From positions 451,803-515,802 of the forward strand of contig NMRA01000024.1 of NCBI GenBank assembly GCA_002633005.1: DNA of 64,000 nucleotides, written 5' to 3'. Source of the DNA: Phoronis australis. Lineage: Eukaryota > Animalia > Phoronida. The position numbers and the translations under genes are program-made. Each line of letters opens with the position of its first letter. The stretch's first letter is position 1. Below are positions 59,257 to 64,000 of the stretch, one piece after another. The notes beneath the pieces were generated by a model, which saw nothing but the letters and a program-made list of their open reading frames with translations, was not told the DNA's origin and searched no databases.

Positions 59257-62200
59257 CCTCTCTGCTGCGGAGATCACTCAAAATAGGTGCAATTGACCTA
59301 TTGCACGATCCACCCCCTTTCGAAATGTCGACGAGCAAACAATAACTTGTACCCGGCAACGTGTTGTTTGTCGGGTAAAATGGCGGCTTGTAAACGAAGG
59401 TGTGTCAAGAATGCTGCGTTCTTATTAGTCAGTTAAGCCGTCACTCAAAATAATGGCGACGGGTCAATTTCTAGGCTTGGAAACAACTGACTACATTTTT
59501 GCTGAAGTCGAGGGTCTACAAGTTTGACTCGTCGTTGCGTCTCGGAGCATGGTCTCTAGCAATAACAAATTATCTGCTCACTGCAAGGACAAAATTCATT
59601 TCTCATTTGATGATTGGTTCTGACCTGAGTTTAGCCTCAGGTGTAGGCCTACCTGAGGTTTATTGAGGTAATTAATAGGAAGAGAAGATGGACAGGTAAT
59701 CCCAAATTTGATTGGTTTGGTTACTTTTGGAATTAAGATAAGAAACAAAAAGATGTCTGCAATGCAAACTTAGTTCAAATTTTATCAGTGGATACTGTTG
59801 CAGTGAAAATAAGTTACTTGTCTGATGTTATCTGTGATCTTAGTTGCTTGTAGTGTTCGATGATTTTCTAACTAATCGTCTTTTACTTGGTTGACATTCA
59901 ACTTTGCAATTCTTTGTTGTCGTGAGAGTACAAAATTTACTTGCGGTTGCTGCGTAGGTGAATTTGTCAGACAAATAAGCCGGATTTGAGGAAGACGAGA
60001 TGTAATTTCTGTCATTCGCAGATTTTTTGTGATTTTTGGAGGATTCGTGTTCGATTCAATTTCATTTCAACATATTACTACATTACTCTTAGTAAAGCCT
60101 ATCATGAACTTAATGTCACTGTAAACTATGTCCTGGTGCCAAAAAAGAAATGTATTCATAGGCGTCCTGGCACTACCAAAGCACCGCCATCGCATTCTCA
60201 TCTTTAGACATTAGGTCACTAAAATGAGTTGGTATTCCTATCGGACGTACAACCTGCTTCGGCAACTGAAACTAAACCAAGGTGACGAGCATACTCGTTG
60301 AGTGTCGTCTGGCTCAATAATGAACTATTCTCAAGCCCAGAAATCAATTGAACCGAGCAAGTTACTAGATGAGATGGATTTTGAAATAACAAGTGGACTA
60401 AAGCAAAAGTTGATTTTTGACTGATGGCGCAGATTTTTTTGACTTTGAAATTTTAAAAAAGTTAAATGCATTTTGGTTAAAGTCTCCATCCACATGTGAA
60501 ATGTAGGTGGCGCTGAACCTTTTCTGACATAAAGTAGTAACTGCAACATCTTTGATTCAGTGACAATTTCATTTCTACACACTACCCCTGAATATGGCGA
60601 TATGGCTATCTGTGTAGCTTTGCTTGTTTCAAATTGATCATCTCAAAACAAGCACTTGACTATATAACATGTGTAGCCATTTTTAGTACATCTTAATATG
60701 TAACATGCGGACATCTTTGAAGTTGACGTAGTAATTTTTTGCATCTTCTGGGAAAATGGATCTTCTTAGTTGAATCGTGAATCACATCTGCACTGAAATT
60801 CACCTGACTAGTTAATAGGTATAATCACTTGATTGAATGCAGGTATTCACCGCTCTCTTGTTTATGAGGAGCTGAAATCGACTGGAAACTTCAAAGACTC
60901 GCAGCTTAGGTTTTGATAAAGGCTGAAAGAAATTAGAAGATCCACCTGCAGTCGCTGAAGATGCTTTAGATATGTCAGGCGTACTAGACGCGCTTGACCT
61001 TGAAATCCAGTTACCAGGTGCTGGAGTCATTGAGTCAGTGGCGGAATTAATTGGGGGTGATGATTGATTGGGGTTTTTTTGCCATTCCAACAACTCCTGC
61101 AGAAGTTTCTGCTGGTTTTAGAGGCACGCTCATTATTTCACATTGAGGGGATTTCATTTTGAAAACAGTGAACCCTCGTTATAAGGAAGGTCAATAGGGT
61201 AGGCCTTCTAATCGTGGGTGGTTGTTTTTGGTGCCTACTGTCACCCAAGTCCTATCTAACTACCCATGCAGTTGACCCCAGAGATCTATCAGTACTCACA
61301 CTTTTTGACTGTGAGGACAGGCTGACAACTTCAATTGCCGACGGGGTTGTGCCAGATGATTATAGTACATATAAAGCCTAGGTCGGATCTCATAGATAAT
61401 TACGTGTAATTCAAAGTTCATCTCTACTCACCCACTGTTATCCGAAGATACCGTAGTAAAATGCTCTAGTAGTTCTTTTTTGGCACAATAACAACAATCA
61501 AACTTGCCAATGTCCCTGTTTTTCAAAGGTCAACAACTTTGTTCTAGAGGTAAATGAAATTTTTCAAGGCATGATTTTTGGTGGTTGTGAAATGCACACT
61601 TTATTGAGAAATTCCAGGTTGAGGTATTCCACTTTTTGTGTACTAAATCGTTAAATAATGCCTGAATGCTACTGTAAATTTACTAAAAGGATAACAAAAT
61701 GTCTGTGTGAGAGTTGTCAATACTTGCAATACTTTGATAGTTATTCTCTCTAAACTAACCATCCACATGGACAACCCCTCTGGACAATACCCATATTATG
61801 TCATTATCTCATCAAGCATGGTGAAAATCTGCTGCTGAGCCCAGCCTCTGAACTAATTGAATTGTACTGTCACCTAAAGATGTGTGTTACATCATTAAAC
61901 AGTAAAAGATAAGGCAACCTTCCACTGTCCTTCTGTTTATCTGTCATCTAATTTAATTTCTTGATTCAGTGAATGAAATTTAGTTTTCACCCTCTTCGTG
62001 GGAGTCTAATTCGAACATCTGGCTGGACAGTGAAGACATGTTGACTCCAATGAAATGTTCACTGGTACAAAATATCTTCCCCAGAAATTGCTTAGTTATC
62101 CGTAAAGAAATGTGTAAGGAAATATTCTGTTGGTGGCAGATTTTTTAACTTTACCTGATCTAAAAATTGGGGGAATTGGGGGGGTTCCGGTGTTTATTTT

Positions 62201-64000
62201 CCAACTAAGAAATTTTACCCATATTTCCTAATTCAGAACACATGCTCTAGCAGGATTGTTTTCACAGAAACACCGATATTATTTTGTCTAAATAAACGTA
62301 GAAGGTTGCCAGATCCTCTGCTTTCTGTCAGCATTAAGGCGTTAGTTAAACGGCTGAAGAAGATTTACACAGTTAATGCTGAGTTGACCAAGAATGTAAA
62401 CTGTAAACAAATTAAATGTTTGATGTTACATAATAGTAGTGAAGGATAAGCAGGGTGGAAGTTTGTATAGAAATTTGTCATTTTTTCATTGGGGGTTTCT
62501 CTCTTAAAAAGACAAAGGGGGTACTGGGACTGTATAGTTAGAGAAGCACCCCCAGGACATTTATTAATCTTGTAGCATTTTTATTCAAACTGAACTCTGA
62601 CCTTTCTGGGTGGTACCATTACAGAGAAATTCGAAACAAAACGTGACTTTTTGGGCAGTAGGGATTTTGTTTAACTTTCAACTTTCTTTTTTCTTGGTGT
62701 TGTTTAGACTAATGTCCCAACAAAGTTAGACTGATCATGACGTTCTTGGGTACATAGCAGCAATACCAAGGGAAACAAGATCCTATAAATGTCGATCACA
62801 TAACATTGTTTTGTTAAACTTCAGACGCAAAGAAATGACATTAAGTCTGCCAGTGACTTGGTACAAACAAAAGCCTAAGGTGCCTGATTTAACACTTTGA
62901 TAATAAAATTGTTTTTGAAATGCAAAATATTTAGATAGAAGGCTGTCAGATTCTAGAATTTGGTTCATTTGTTATAAATTCAAAACAGGTAAGAATAAAT
63001 TCTTGGCATGGTGAAAAGAGCAGAGCTTGATCAGGCTCCTGCAGAATTACCCCCAGTTCTCTCACTTCTTCATCCATTACCACTCAACACTGATGGCTCT
63101 GGTTGTGCAAATGACATGATCATGCTGAAGGATTTATGCCTCTGTTCTGTCAGAAGTATATCCCATTACTTCAAGTTTATACAAACAGTTTGCTTTGTGG
63201 TTCTACAAGGACTGCCTGATTTATTTTGATCTTCTGGAGTTTTCCAAAGGGAAGACACTAGGTCCCACACAAGCTAACTATCCTTGACAGTTTTTCAGTC
63301 AAAGGTGTTTGAACAAATTTGCACTGTTCTAACTTCACTGTTGTAAAAAACGTACATCCATTATAAAAGAATCCTCTGTTCTATTCACGTGTCTTTTTCA
63401 AAACTTTGAAGTCTCAAGGTATACAAATCTGCCGTCAAATACAGCCACCTGAAAATTCACGATGGACAATTCTCTTTTTAAATGTAATTCATGCGTTCCC
63501 TTTGATCCCATATGCAAATGAGTTCTATTCACTGTCCCAGTCAATAATGTAGCTTTCCTATTAGGTGAACTTTGATTTATCAAAGTTTTGCTGAAACATG
63601 CGTCTATGGAGAGCACGTTGGTTACACTATAATAACAAAGAACACGCTTTGCGAGTCTCGCGTGATCGTATATCATTGCCGAAGCCTCTACCGATAACTT
63701 CGAAGAAGACTCTGTTTGACTGTTCCCACTAAACCAAAGTTTCAGTGAGTACCGAAGTTTCAGTGATTATTGAAGCGTCACTTTCAAATCCTACTATTTC
63801 AAGCGAATTCGCTTGCCGATTAACTACCGAAGTTAACCTTTCTCACTTACCGAATCTTTGATAAAAGTGGGAATGCTTCATTAGACACACAGCAAATTCA
63901 CGTAATTTACAGTGGGTTTATGGCACCACCATGACAAGACTGTCAAAAATACAAAATTGACAGTAAATTATCTTCAAGCAAACAGACATGAATCCGTCTA

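Noticed and set aside
44813-64000. Further coding exons of the unidentified gene (e.g. 54384-54411, 58143-58161, 63008-63229)
   Set aside because: In-frame stops, or no matching splice sites and no recognisable protein.
1-64000. CRISPR array, operon, prophage or intact transposase/RT
   Set aside because: No regularly spaced repeat-spacer array; the only long ORF is mTERF; the architecture is spliced eukaryotic.

Overview
AT-rich, intron-containing animal genomic DNA. The repeat content, intron conservation and patchy CpG depletion suggest a marine invertebrate, probably a deuterostome (inference). Left to right: (1) the last 12 exons of a + strand classical calpain (end of protease core, C2L/CBSW domain, penta-EF-hand), with one intron carrying a U12-type 5' splice site; (2) a - strand mTERF-family gene with a single coding exon, tail-to-tail with the calpain; (3) a head-to-head STPG2 gene (10 coding exons, 586 aa, 12 PG-repeat motifs) that appears to share a very short bidirectional promoter with mTERF; (4) about 17 kb of CpG-retaining intergenic DNA with MITE fragments and a 0.7 kb duplication around an N that looks like an assembly artefact; (5) the probable 5' end of an unidentified + strand gene at ~43.8 kb, with a uORF-packed leader and an intron that appears to run past the window end. 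No prokaryote-type system, CRISPR array or intact transposase was seen. The best leads are regulatory and structural, and none is a demonstrated new system.
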